Positions 10,876-22,181 are shown, counted from the stretch's first letter. The stretch: DNA of 64,000 nt from an uncultured Planctomycetia bacterium (GCA_963731685.1 CAVSWR010000039.1:59004-123003); one strand, 5' to 3'. Notes: generated from the sequence alone by a model not told the origin. Translations and numbers: made by a program.

Positions 10876-11865
10876 AGAGTTGGCCCCAACGGCGCCGACA
10901 ATTGCAGCGTGGGCTCGGGTTGTCTTTCGGACCGTGGGCTTGCGGCGCAGGCAACGCGCGGCCCCAACTCCGCTTTGTCTACGGGGCGTATTCTGCCCAG
11001 CGTGCAAAGTCCGCCGGTTGTGCGCTGACGATCGGCGCCGCCAGGTCATTGCAAAGCCCCCCAGTCGATGAAAAATTCGCACACGGTCATATCACGCTAT
11101 CTTTTCTAATTTAACGGTAGCGTCGAATGCACCGGCGGCCGTTCTTCGAGCGATATTTTCCAGGATTTCAAGCATATTTTACTTGAAGATAGTGTGCCAC
11201 GAATGGGGAAATGCCGCATTTGGGCGCCAAGTGGGTCGTGGATGGGCCGCCATTGTCCCGCACATGGCCGCAAATGAACGCAGGTGCGTCAACTTGCACA
11301 TCCCTCAAAGGGACGAAAGTTTTCTTTTGGGGGGGGTGAGAGTCGCGTTTTTTACGCCCGCATGGGGGGAGATAGAAACCTGAGGCGGTTTGTGTATTGC
11401 GGCGAGGGCGCCCTGCCGCGTAGGATTGCCCGCGATTTGCCCACATTTTTCCCGCAACGGCGCCACGCGGAATCGCGCCACGCGGTTTTGTGGTTCGAGG
11501 CAGGCGCCTTGGGTGGTGGAACGGGCCGCGGCGACTCGGCGTCTTGCCCGCAGTGTCGCTGGTGTCGCTGGACACCAGCAGGGTGTTCGCCAGACGATGC
11601 GATACCGGAGCGGGGCCAGAGAGATGGCAAATCGCAAGGCCGTTGCTCGGACTTCGGCGATCGAATACGTCGGGGCAGGCGGCCAAGTCGCAGCAGGTTG
11701 GATTTTCCGGCAAAAATGGTTGGCATAATCCAAAACTAGGGGATACAATGGGCGGTATCCGCCGTGTGCGCACTTTCTCTGTGCGGGTTACAGATTTCCA
11801 CGCGACATGTCTGTCTTTGCGGAACAGAGTCGGGCGTCGCGTCAGCGCAAGTTGGAGCTCGAGCT

Positions 11866-14800
11866 ATGTTCAAATCACGTCTACTGTTGAGTGCGTCGCT
11901 TGTGCTTTGGTGGGTCGCTACCAACGCGATGCTTCAGGCCGCCGACCCGAATCCGGACGACGCGAGGCTGGAAACTTATGACAAATACTTCGCGTTAAGT
12001 TTGAAGCCGACGATCAAGGTACCCAGGGCCGCGGCCAACGACGTGGTGGTGCTGTTTGACACATCGGCCAGCCAGTCGGGCGCGTTTCGCGAGAAAGGTC
12101 TGGCGACGCTGCGTTCGATGCTGTCGGCCTTGGCGCCGGAAGACCGCGTGCGGCTGTTCGCCGTCGATGTCAACGCGGTGTCTTTGACCGACACATTCGT
12201 CTCTCCGCAAAGCGGTCAGATGAAGGCCGCCTTGAACAAGCTGGAGAAACGGGTTCCGTTGGGCTCGACCGACATGGAGGTGGCCTTGGACGCCGTGCTG
12301 GCGAGTTTGCCGGCGAAGGACGCCAAGCCGCACTCTGCCGTGTACATTGGCGACGGCGTGAACATGGCAGGCGGATTCGATCCGGCGAAGTATCAACAAT
12401 TGATGGGCGAATTGGTGGACCGGCAGACATCGGTCACCAGCTTCGCCATTGGCCCGCGCTACGACGGGTTTTTGCTGTCGACGCTGGCCAATCAAACCGG
12501 CGGCGACGTGATCATTGACGGTTCGGCGCTGTCGGCGGAGCAGGCGGGCCACACCTTGGCGAACGCCGCCACGGAAGTGGTCGTTTGGCCCACGTCGCTG
12601 CAGTTGCCGGCGAGCTTCAAGGAAGTGTATCCGCAGCGCATGCCTCCGCTGCGCGGTGATCGCGACACGGTTGTGGTCGGCGTCGGCGCGAGCTTGAAGC
12701 CGTTTGAAGTCAAAGTCGACGCCTTGGTCGACGGCGAGAAAACCCAACTCAACTGGACGGTGCGGCCCGGTTTGGCCAACGACGACAACGCCTATTTGGC
12801 GAAGCTGGTCGAGTCGGCGCAGCCAACCAAGGGGGCGTTTCTGCCGACGGTTGGCACGGCTGGTCTCAACAGCGTGCGGCAGATGGCCAACGCAACCGCG
12901 GAAGGTTTGGCCAAGCAGGCCCGCATGGCCTTGGCCATGAACAAGCCCGAGCAAGCCAAGCGATTGGCGCAAGGCGCCCGGGCGTTTGACAACAACCTGC
13001 CGCAGGCGCAGGCGATCGAGCGTTTGGCGCAAGCCCCGGGTGCCAAGAACGGCCTGAATAGCCCGTTGATTCTGGTCCAGAACCCGGCGAATCCCCATCC
13101 GCAACCGGCCACCCAAGAGTTGAACCTGGAACCCAGGCGGGTTGTGCCGTTCGACGCGCCCGGCGAAGGCGGCGTGATGCTGGAGGACTTCGATCGCGAG
13201 CGGCGCGTTCTAGCGGGCGCATCGAAGCCGAAGTGATGAACTCCATCAACACGGCCCGCAGTGTCATGGCCCGCGACCCGGACGCGGCCGCCGCCCTGTT
13301 GAAGCTGGTGCAGGAGAACGTCATCAAGGCGCCGGAATTGGACCCCGGGCTGCGCGAGCAACTTCGGCTGCGCATCGAGACGGCGTTGCAAGCTGTGGCG
13401 GCCCACAGGGTGGTTCGCGACCAACAAGTGGTGACTCGTGAGGAGCAAGCCGCCATTCAGGAAGACATTGCCCGCGTTCGCAAGGCGCTGCACAACCGGG
13501 AGTTGAAAACCGAGCAGTTGATGGCCCGCTTCAATTCGCTAATGTCGGAGAAGCGGTTCCACGAAGCGGAAAACATCGCCGACCTGGCCAGCGAATTGTC
13601 GCCCTACGATCCGGCCCTGACGGCGGCGGACATCACGGCCACCATGTCCGGCGCGGTGAGCGACGCCATGGCGATTCGCTCGGCTCGTGTGCGGGGAGTG
13701 TTGGCGACGTTGGGAACGGTGGAGTATGCCCATATTCCCACGCCCGACGAGCCGCCGATCGTCTATCCCGACGCTCAATGGTGGCGGGACATGACCGCGC
13801 GGCGCAAGAAATACGCTTCGGTCGACTTGGCAAACACCAGCCCCACCGAACTGAAAATTCGGGGGGAATTGGACAAGCCCACGCAGATGGAGTTCATCGA
13901 AACCCCGCTGCAAGACGTGGTGGATTTCCTCAAGGACTACCACCATATCGAGATCCAACTGGACCGCAAAGCCTTGGACGACGCGGCGATTGGCAGCGAC
14001 ACGCCCGTCACGCGCAACATCCACGGCGTTTCGTTGAAGAGCGCGCTGCGGCTGATGCTCGGCGAGATGGGCTTGACCTACGTCATCGACAACGAAGTGC
14101 TCCTCATCACCACGAGGGAAGTGGCCGATCAGAAGCTCGCCACCAAAGTTTACCCCGTGGCGGATCTGGTGTTGCCGATCCCCAACCCGATCATGTTCAG
14201 CATGATGGGCATGATGGCCAACATGATGGGCGGCATGGGCGGCGCCATGATGGGCGGCGGTATGGGCGGTGGCATGGGCGGCATGGGAGGTGGCATGGGC
14301 GGCATGGGCGGTGGCATGGGCGGCATGGGCGGTGGCATGGGCGGCATGGGCATGGGCGGCTTTAGCGTGCCGGCCAAGTCGTTTGTGGCGTTCGCCGTGA
14401 AGGATGGCCCAATCAAACTGGGGCCCAAACAGGACGCACAGGCCGCCCCGGCCAAGCAGGCGGATGAAGTCAAGGCAGGCCAAGCAGCCAAAGCAGGCAC
14501 AACAGCCAAAGCAGGCCCCGGGCCGCACGCCCCAAGCCATCGACGTGCCGCTGGCCGCGGGACAAGACGTCGACCAAGCCTGGGACGATTATTTGGCTAG
14601 CCACGTGGCGCCCGCAGCCGACCTCCGCGAAACCGTGCGGCGCCAGATGGGCCGCCAAAAGTTTACGGACGTCGTGGCCATTATCCGTGCGGCTCTGCGC
14701 AATCGTCAGGGGCAGCCCTGGATGTTCGAAGCCATGGCGCTGGCCATGTTCGCGAACAATGACGAGCCCGAACAAATCGAGCGGACCATCATGTCGGCGG

Positions 14801-16073
14801 CCGACTTTAGCACGAGCCCGGCCGATTTGATGTATCTCGCGCACTACTTGCTGCAGTCGACATCCTATTTCGACGGCGACGCGCAAAACCGCTTCCGCCG
14901 CCGGGCGTTGAAGCTGGCGCAGCAGGTGGCGAGAATGGCGCCGACGAGTCCCGAGCCGCTCGTCCTGGGTCTGAAGGCCGCAAAGGATATCGACGACGTC
15001 GAAGGCATCAAGTGGGCCGTAGTCGGCATTGTCAGCCAGGCTTGGCCCAAGGAAACCGGCGAGATTTTCCGCAATGGCTATCGCGAGGGCAAGGCGACCT
15101 ACGAACGCCTGCTCAAGGAGAAGCGAGTCAAAGAGGCCGAAGACTTCGAGGCGGCCGTTTCCAAAGCCTTGCAACGCGACTTGATTGTGGAAGTCATTTG
15201 GTCGGGCGACGCTGACATCGACATCATGGTTGAGGAACCGGCCGGCACCATTTGTTCGTTCCGCAATCCGCGCACCACCTCGGGCGGCATCATGATGGGC
15301 GACGCCGTCTCGGTATCGGCCAAGAAGATTGAAGGCGTGACACGCGAGACCTACGTCTGCCCGCAGGCCTTCGACGGACGCTACCGCGTGCGTCTGCGCC
15401 GCGTTTGGGGTAAACCCTCCGCCGGCAAGGTCACCATCAAGACGTATTCCAAGTTCAACACGAAAGACGTCAAGACGTTTTCGCGCACGATTGCGTTGGG
15501 CGACGAAGACGCGGTCGCCCTGGTCGACTTGGAAGGCGGCCGCCGCAAGCAGGCCTTGCAGGAGCATCAGGTTGTCAACGCGTTGGCGCAAGTGGCCAAT
15601 GGTCAGCAGATGATTGCCCGCCAGATTCAAGCGTTGGGCAATAACCAGGCCTCGCTCGGTTTTCTGGCAGCCCGGCAACGGGCCGCGGCCGGCGGCTTTG
15701 GACCCTTGGCCCTTCGACGGGCCGCCGTCGGCTATCAGCCTGTGATCGCCGTATTACCCGAAGGCGCCAGAATGTACGCCACCGCGGTGATTTCCGCGGA
15801 TCGCCGTTACGTGCGGGTTACCTCGACGCCGAATTTCTCCGGCATTGGGGAAGTGAATACCTTTAGCACGTCAACTGGCTCCGGCGGCTTGCAGCAGAAC
15901 GGCCAAGGCCAAGTGCAAGGCCAAGGCCAAGGCGGCCAGGGCTTCGCCGGCCAGGGTTTCGGCCAAGGAAATGGAAACGCTTTTGGCGGCGGTGGTGGCG
16001 GTGGTGGTGGGCTTGGCGGTGCGGTGGTGGTGGGCTTGGCGGCGGCGGCTTCGGCGGCGGCGGCGGTTTCTAG
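11866..16073 (+). CDS. Giant secreted protein: vWA domain, helical region, secretin N-domain (STN)-like segment, Gly-Met repeat, helical region, beta domain, secretin-like C-terminal motif and Gly-rich tail (reconstructed across frameshifts at about 13220, 14520 and 16020)
   Basis: Signal peptide; MIDAS DTSASQS...STD...IGDG; MEFIETPLQDVVDFLKDYHHIEIQLD; TKVYPVADLV; GGMGGGM repeats; VGYQPVIAVLPEGA...ISADRRYVRV. Single-base corrections join ORFs 11764-13236, 13233-14600 and 14404-16497, ending GGGGF-TAG at 16073. Confidence 0.75.
14226..14360 (+). repeat. Coding tandem repeat (ggcggcatg/ggcggtggcatg units) encoding Gly-Met low-complexity linker
   Basis: Directly visible; about 21-bp period ggcggcatgggcggtggcatg. 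Confidence 0.9.
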
Positions 16074-16125
16074 CCAACGCGCTTTTGCCAATGAAAATGA
16101 TGAAATGCCGAATCGAATCGCTTTC

Positions 16126-16162
16126 ACACCCTGGCGCATCGCTTCGCCAGGGTGTTTTTTTT
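16126..16162 (+). terminator. Intrinsic terminator
   Basis: acaccctggcg-catcgctt-cgccagggtgt followed by a T run; supports the true stop at 16073. Confidence 0.8.
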
Positions 16163-16493
16163 GCGCTGTGCGCAGAGCACGGCGCCGATGCATGCGGCGC
16201 CGGCCCTCTCATCGACCCACTGGACAGCCGATTGCCCGTCCGCGGTTCAAGTGTTCAGAGCTTCAACGCACAATCTCCGCGTCGAACATCTGGATTGCCA
16301 TGAGCGAACGAACAACGGCTGGAGCGTACACGCCTTTGTCAGGATGTTGCAGCGCGGCGGAGTCGCGTGCTTGGCGCAGGTCTTTGCGTTCTGGTAGCGC
16401 GGCAGCCTATAATGAGGGAAGTCGCCCCTTGGCCGGGCAAATCCCACCCAACGAATTCCCCCCGCTTTGCGCTGAAGAGGAGAATCGATACCG

Positions 16494-17168
16494 ATGAAGT
16501 TCACTGGTCTCATCGCGCCATGTTTGGCAGCCGTGTCCGTGTCCGTTGCCCACGCCGCCGAGTTCAAGGCCGAAGCCCTCAAGCAGCCGGCGCCCGCGGA
16601 TAGCGTGGCGGCCGACATCGCCAAGACACTGGCGCCCACCGCCGTCAAGGTGACCGAGGACGGCGCCGCGGTCTGCGAAATCTGGCTTTGCAAACAATGG
16701 AACGTCAAGGCGGGTTTCAAGCCGACGTTTCAAGTGCTGTACCCGTTTGAAGTCGGAGAGCTGATTGGCGTGGTCCGCTACGCTCAGCGGGAAGAAGACT
16801 TTCGCGAGCAGCGCATCCGCAGCGGCGTCTATACCTTGCGCTACGCCTACCAGCCGCAAGACGGCAATCACATTGGCACTTCCGACACTCGCGACTTCCT
16901 GGTGCTGCTGCCGGCCGCCGCAGACACCAAGCCGGCCCGCCTCGACCTGCAGAAGATGTACGATCTGAGTTCAAAGGTTTCCAAGAGTCCGCACCCGGCC
17001 ATCCTGAGCATGCTGGCGACGTTTGGCAAGGTCGATTCGCTTCCCGCCATGCGGCACGACGAAGATCGCAACTTGTGGAGTCTGCGGGTTCAAGGCCAGG
17101 CGAAAGCGGGCGAAAAGACCGAGAACCTGACCATCGAATTTGTGGTCGAAGGTCACGCCGCCGAGTAA
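16494..17168 (+). CDS. Conserved exported hypothetical protein
   Basis: Signal peptide; GVYTLRYAYQPQDGNHIG and HPAILSM motifs; GAGGAG RBS. Confidence 0.8.
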   Translation: MKFTGLIAPCLAAVSVSVAHAAEFKAEALKQPAPADSVAADIAKTLAPTAVKVTEDGAAVCEIWLCKQWNVKAGFKPTFQVLYPFEVGELIGVVRYAQREEDFREQRIRSGVYTLRYAYQPQDGNHIGTSDTRDFLVLLPAAADTKPARLDLQKMYDLSSKVSKSPHPAILSMLATFGKVDSLPAMRHDEDRNLWSLRVQGQAKAGEKTENLTIEFVVEGHAAE

Positions 17169-17256
17169 AAACAAGTAGATAACGAGCAAAAATACGAATG
17201 GACAACGAGTAGATAAAATGGCCAAGGCCAGTTGTTTTTCGTGAGGGACCGACGCC

Positions 17257-17790
17257 ATGCGTAGTTTTGCTATGGGTTTATTGGCGGCGGCGCTTTGTCT
17301 GTCGGCGTTTGCCGGAGGACGCTCCCAGGCCGGTAAAACGCCGGGCAAAACGTCCGGTAAGCGGCCCGCCGCACGCGAGACCTCGCCGGCGCCGGAGAAG
17401 CCGAAGTATCGCACGGTCTCCTTGCGGGGCAAGGTCGTTTGGACGGCCGACGCCATGAAGCGGCTGTTCGGCGTCGAGACAGACGCTGACGCGGCCCACA
17501 ACAGCGTTTCGCTGGAGACCGACGACGGCCGTCTTTATCCAATCGTGAAAGACGCCCGGGGCCGGGGATTTTGGAAAGACCCGCGGATCCGCGATATCGA
17601 CATGGAGTTGATGGTGCGCCAATACGATGGTTCGCCTTGGATTCAGGTGATTCGCGTGTTCGTCTTCAAGGAAGGCAAGAAGTACCAAATGGACTATTGG
17701 TGCGACATTTGCGCCATTCCAATGTTCGAACTCAAAGACTGCGAATGCTGCCAGGGGCCCATTCGTATTCGGTTGCGCCCCGTTCAGTAG
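17257..17790 (+). CDS. Exported hypothetical protein with C-terminal zinc-ribbon (CxxC...CxCC)
   Basis: Signal peptide; YWCDICAIPMFELKDCECCQGPI. Confidence 0.8.
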   Translation: MRSFAMGLLAAALCLSAFAGGRSQAGKTPGKTSGKRPAARETSPAPEKPKYRTVSLRGKVVWTADAMKRLFGVETDADAAHNSVSLETDDGRLYPIVKDARGRGFWKDPRIRDIDMELMVRQYDGSPWIQVIRVFVFKEGKKYQMDYWCDICAIPMFELKDCECCQGPIRIRLRPVQ

Positions 17791-17950
17791 CGGCGGCTTT
17801 TCCTCGGCGATCGCAGGCCAACCGCGGCGCGGATTCACTTGTTTTCCGGTTGCGGTCGTGCCGCGGCCGGCGCCTCGCGCCGCCCTCGTTGCGGTTTTTC
17901 CGTGGCCCGGCGCCGGCGGGGCGAAACTCACCCTTTCTCAAGAGGACGGC

Positions 17951-18280
17951 ATGTCGGATTTCTTCGTTCAGCGGAGCGACTGCTCCCGGCACAACATCTT
18001 CCCCGGCGTCGACATTTTCACAACGCACGGCGAGCGGCTCATGCTGTCGGTGGTGGAGATGCAGCCTCATGCCGTTGTGGAAGAACACAGCCATCCGCAC
18101 GAGCAAATGGGACTGATGCTGGAGGGAGAGGCCGAGTTTACCGTCGGTGGGGAAACGCGGCTGGTCCGGGCCGGCGAGATGTGGTGGATTCCCGGCGGCG
18201 TCGTCCACAAGGTCGTGGCGGGCGACCAACCCGTCCGCGCCCTCGACGTGTTTCATCCCATTCGGGACGATTATCGCTAA
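17951..18280 (+). CDS. Cupin-2 domain protein
   Basis: HSHPHEQMG and IPGGVVH metal-binding cupin motifs; AGAGGA RBS. Confidence 0.9.
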   Translation: MSDFFVQRSDCSRHNIFPGVDIFTTHGERLMLSVVEMQPHAVVEEHSHPHEQMGLMLEGEAEFTVGGETRLVRAGEMWWIPGGVVHKVVAGDQPVRALDVFHPIRDDYR

Positions 18281-18690
18281 ACGCCTCGGCGGAACCAAGT
18301 CTTGCGACGTTCCGGCAGCGCAGCCATGCGACGAGAGGCGCTGTCTTGCCTGGCGACCGCCATCCGCCAGCATGCGCGGACGCACTTGCTTTTCTTAAAG
18401 CCGCCAGGACTTCGACGCGGCGGCTCATGCTTTGGCGACCGTTTCTGCCAAGCCCTCCGCTCGACCCGCCAAGAGCTGCGGAATTTGCCCCGAAACGGCG
18501 CCTTGTCGGGGGCGATTGTTCAATTCGGCGGAGCAAGATCGCGCGGTGTGTAGCGGGGCGTAGCATTTTCACTTGACACTTCAAACGCCTCGCTGGCAAA
18601 TCACGAGCGAATAATTATCTACATAAGTCCATTGCTGTAAATGTCTTATGTCAATGTCTCGGGTTTTCATCCGGCTCGTGGTTCTCAAAT

Positions 18691-18706
18691 TGGTACAAAC
18701 TTTGCA
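18691..18706 (+). promoter_or_regulatory. Putative sigma-54 (-24/-12) promoter for the DUF1559 array
   Basis: TGGTACAAACTTTGCA: GG-N10-GC spacing, close to the TGGCAC-N5-TTGC consensus; in an AT-rich intergenic region about 190 nt upstream of ATG18896. Confidence 0.65.
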
Positions 18707-18895
18707 TTGTAAACGCGACAACACGTCGCTTGGGCGTGCCATCTTCGGCGGGTGACTATGGTTACAGCCCGTGGGGATTTTTTGAGTTTTCACCATTTTT
18801 CGCTTGAGTATCTGGCGGTTGGCCCCGCGAGTTGAGATAATCGTTGGTGGCCCCACATTTGCGGGCACGTTTTCCTTTATTGGAGTATCCATTTT

Positions 18896-19849
18896 ATGAA
18901 TCGCCGTATGTCTCGACTTGGTTTTACATTGGTCGAATTGCTCGTGGTGATCAGCATCATCGGCATGTTGATGGCCCTGCTGCTGCCTGCGGTGAACGCC
19001 GCCCGCGAGTCGGGCCGCGCCAACACGTGCCGCAACAACATGCGCAACCTGGCGTTGGCCATCATCAGCTACGAGAGCACCGCCGGGGCCTATCCGGGCT
19101 ACTACGACGGCATTCGCTCGAACAGTTCCAACACCTTCATCGGCCGCCCGCTGGCGTACATGGTCTTCCCGCAGTTGGAGCGCAACGACCTTTACGAAAC
19201 CTACGGCGCACAAACCACTTCCGGCGGAATCACGGTGGGCACGAATTCGAGCTTGACGGATACCAGCGTCCAAATCTTGATCGATTTCTTGCAGTGTCCG
19301 AGCAATCCACATCAGACGGCGGGCAGCATTAGCCCCACCGCGTTCGTTTACAACTGTGGCAGGGCCGGTACCAACGACAGCTTCAACAACGGCGTGTTCA
19401 CCTACCGCTACAATTCCACCTCACGAGGCGCGGGCAACAGCTCGGCCAATCTCACCAGCCACGACGGCACGACCAATACGCTCATGCTCTCGGAGAACAT
19501 CGGCTCGCAAAACCAGGCCCAAACTCTCGGCGGGTGGTGCAGCAATCTCGAGGCTCGTATCGGTTTCGTCTGGCAAGACCTCAACGATACGAATGGCGGC
19601 AAACCTCCATATTGCCTCAACGGGAACAAAGGCCAACGGACGAACTTCACCTCCAACGCCTGGGCGCATCCCTCCAGCAACCATCCGCAAACCGTCAACA
19701 CGGCATTTTGCGACGGCCACGTCCGGGTAGTCAACGAGAGCATCCGCTACACGGTCTGGACGCAACTGATGACCACTTGGGGCCGCCAGGCCGTTGCGAG
19801 CACCAACCAAGTGCGTAGTTACACGTTGAACGATTCGGACATCCCCTAA
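18896..19849 (+). CDS. DUF1559 (SBP_bac_10) prepilin-type protein, copy 1
   Basis: G|FTLVELLVVISII prepilin motif, PAVNAARE, CRNNMRNL, CPS, DGTTNTLMLSE, H-X9-DG (HPQTVNTAFCDGHV). Confidence 0.95.
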   Translation: MNRRMSRLGFTLVELLVVISIIGMLMALLLPAVNAARESGRANTCRNNMRNLALAIISYESTAGAYPGYYDGIRSNSSNTFIGRPLAYMVFPQLERNDLYETYGAQTTSGGITVGTNSSLTDTSVQILIDFLQCPSNPHQTAGSISPTAFVYNCGRAGTNDSFNNGVFTYRYNSTSRGAGNSSANLTSHDGTTNTLMLSENIGSQNQAQTLGGWCSNLEARIGFVWQDLNDTNGGKPPYCLNGNKGQRTNFTSNAWAHPSSNHPQTVNTAFCDGHVRVVNESIRYTVWTQLMTTWGRQAVASTNQVRSYTLNDSDIP

Positions 19850-19903
19850 AGCGCGTCTCATCGCCGGGCGGTTCCGTTCGGCGGCCTGTGCTCTGATACA
19901 ACC

Positions 19904-19937
19904 AAGCCCTTTCGAGACGGTCGAGAGGGCTTTTTTT
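19904..19937 (+). terminator. Intrinsic terminator after copy 1
   Basis: aagccctttcga-gacgg-tcgagagggctt followed by a T run. Confidence 0.8.
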
Positions 19938-20205
19938 GCGCCATCACAGCGATTTGCGGCCAACCAGGCGGCAGAAACTCGTTGCACCATAAGACACTTT
20001 AAGAGTCTTGTTTGCCGCGGCCCGGAACGCTTCTCCGGCGTCAATCGACCGCCGCGCGTGATAAGCCCAATTCGTGCGCTCCGTCCGCGCTCGCATCGGT
20101 GCTGCTCAAGGACGTCCCGTCAACCTCGCGGGCTCTTGCCAGAATCCGTTTGGCAGGATCGGTGGGGATCCATTCGTTTTCTCGTTTAACGTGGGAGGCC
20201 ATACC

Positions 20206-21159
20206 ATGGCTCGTCGAGCGTCGCGACTTGGTTTTACGTTGGTTGAATTGCTCGTGGTGATCAGCATCATCGGCATGTTGATGGCCTTGCTGCTGCCTGC
20301 GGTGAACTCCGCCCGCGAAGTTGCCAGGGGCAACACGTGCCGCAACAACATGCGCAACCTGGCCACAGCGATCATCAGCTACGAGAGCGCCGCCGGCGCC
20401 TATCCGGGCTACTACGACGGCATTCGCTCCAGCAGTTCCAGCACCTTCATCGGCCGCCCGCTGGTGTACATGGTCTTGCCGCAGTTGGAACGCAACGATC
20501 TTTACGAAGCCTACGGCGCGCGGACCACTTCCGGCGGCGTCACAGTCGGCGTGAATTCGAGCTTGACCGATACCAGCGTGCGGGTCTTGATCGATTTTTT
20601 GCAGTGTCCGAGCAATCCGCATCAGACGGCCGGCAGCATCAGCCCCACCGCGTTCGTTTACAACTGTGGCAGGGCCGGCGCCGCCGACAGCTTCAACAAC
20701 GGCGTGTTCACGTACCGCTTCAATTCCGCCACACGCCGCGCAGGCAACAGCTCCGCGAATCTCACCAGCCACGACGGCACGACCAATACGCTCATGCTCT
20801 CGGAGAACATCGGCTCGCAAAACCAGGCCCAGACCGTCGGCGGATGGTGCAGCAACAACGAGAATCGCGTCGGTTTCGTCTGGCAAGATATTAGCGATAC
20901 GAGCGGCGCCAAACCGCCGTATCGCATCAACGGGAACAAGGGCCAACGGACGAACTTCAATTCCTCAGCCTGGGCGCGTCCCTCCAGCAATCACCCGCAG
21001 AGCGTCAACGCGGCGTTTTGCGACGGCCACGTGCGGGTGATCAACGAGAGCATCCGCTACACGGTCTGGACGCAGTTGATGACCAGTTGGGGCCGCCAAG
21101 CCACGGCCAGCACCAACGGCGTGCGGAGGTACACGTTGAACGATTCGGACATCCCCTAA
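20206..21159 (+). CDS. DUF1559 prepilin-type protein, copy 2
   Basis: Same motifs as copy 1 and colinear with it; GGAGG RBS. Confidence 0.95.
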   Translation: MARRASRLGFTLVELLVVISIIGMLMALLLPAVNSAREVARGNTCRNNMRNLATAIISYESAAGAYPGYYDGIRSSSSSTFIGRPLVYMVLPQLERNDLYEAYGARTTSGGVTVGVNSSLTDTSVRVLIDFLQCPSNPHQTAGSISPTAFVYNCGRAGAADSFNNGVFTYRFNSATRRAGNSSANLTSHDGTTNTLMLSENIGSQNQAQTVGGWCSNNENRVGFVWQDISDTSGAKPPYRINGNKGQRTNFNSSAWARPSSNHPQSVNAAFCDGHVRVINESIRYTVWTQLMTSWGRQATASTNGVRRYTLNDSDIP

Positions 21160-21230
21160 AACCGTGTCTCATCGCCGGGCGCGTCGCTTCCGTTGGGACG
21201 CCAACCACTCTATGTGGAGGACCATATCTC

Positions 21231-22181
21231 ATGTCGCGCAAAACTTCTCGATCCGCGTTTACGATTCGCGACCTGCTCGTGCTGATGACAGTCGTTGGCC
21301 TGTCGCTTAGTTGCTTGCTGCCCGGGATGAATTCGCCACGCCAAGACGGCAACGCTAACGGCTGCCGCAATAACATGCGCAATCTTGCCCTTTCGATCAT
21401 CTCCTACGAAGTCACCACCGGCGCCTATCCCGGCTATGTGGACGCCATGCCGTCGGCCACCGGCGGCGCGAACGTCGCCCGGCCGCTCGTGTACATGATT
21501 TCTCCCCAGTTGGAGCGGCGCGATATCTATGAATCCTTTCTCCCCTGGAATTTTCCGGGAAACTTGATGGAGAATGTCGGGCCGACGTGCCACTTCGCTC
21601 TCCTCCAATGCCCCAGCAACCCGCAAACGCGCCCCGACGCCACTGCGTATGTGTTCAACTGCGGGTTTCCCGGCCCAACAGACAGTTTCAACAACGGCGT
21701 CTTCACGCATCGCTGCCGTCCGACTCGCCGAGCCCCCGGAAACACGTCGGCCTTTATCACACGCCACGACGGCACGACGAACACCGTGATGATTTCCGAA
21801 AGTCTCGACGCCCACGACGCGGCGGGCCTCCACGGCGGCTGGAAGAGCTTGAGTGAAAACTGGGTTGGCTTCCTTTGGCACGACCTGTCCGACGCCCAAG
21901 CGACGCCGCCTTACAACATCAACGGCCGTCGCGGCGAGCGCGGCGATTCGGCCTCGCCGGCCTGGGCGCGTCCCTCCAGCAACCATTACCAGGTCGTGAA
22001 TGTCGCCTTCTGCGACGGCCATGTTCGGGTGATCAACGAGAAGATCAGCTACACCGTCTGGACCCAACTCATGACACCCAACGGCGCCGGCGCCGTGGCT
22101 AGCTCCGATCCTTCCTCAACCGCCGGACCCCGCAACAACGGCGTGCATGGCTACCGGCTCAAGGACGGCGACATTCCCTAG
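21231..22181 (+). CDS. DUF1559 prepilin-type protein, copy 3 (divergent; A|FTIRD instead of G|FTLVE)
   Basis: CRNNMRNL, CPSN, DGTTNTVMISE, HYQVVNVAFCDGHV; degenerate N-terminal motif. Confidence 0.9.
   Translation: MSRKTSRSAFTIRDLLVLMTVVGLSLSCLLPGMNSPRQDGNANGCRNNMRNLALSIISYEVTTGAYPGYVDAMPSATGGANVARPLVYMISPQLERRDIYESFLPWNFPGNLMENVGPTCHFALLQCPSNPQTRPDATAYVFNCGFPGPTDSFNNGVFTHRCRPTRRAPGNTSAFITRHDGTTNTVMISESLDAHDAAGLHGGWKSLSENWVGFLWHDLSDAQATPPYNINGRRGERGDSASPAWARPSSNHYQVVNVAFCDGHVRVINEKISYTVWTQLMTPNGAGAVASSDPSSTAGPRNNGVHGYRLKDGDIP

Noticed and set aside
14226-14360. CRISPR array in the repeat tracts (here, and at 32115-32212)
   Set aside because: These are contiguous tandem repeats without unique spacers, and no cas genes are present.
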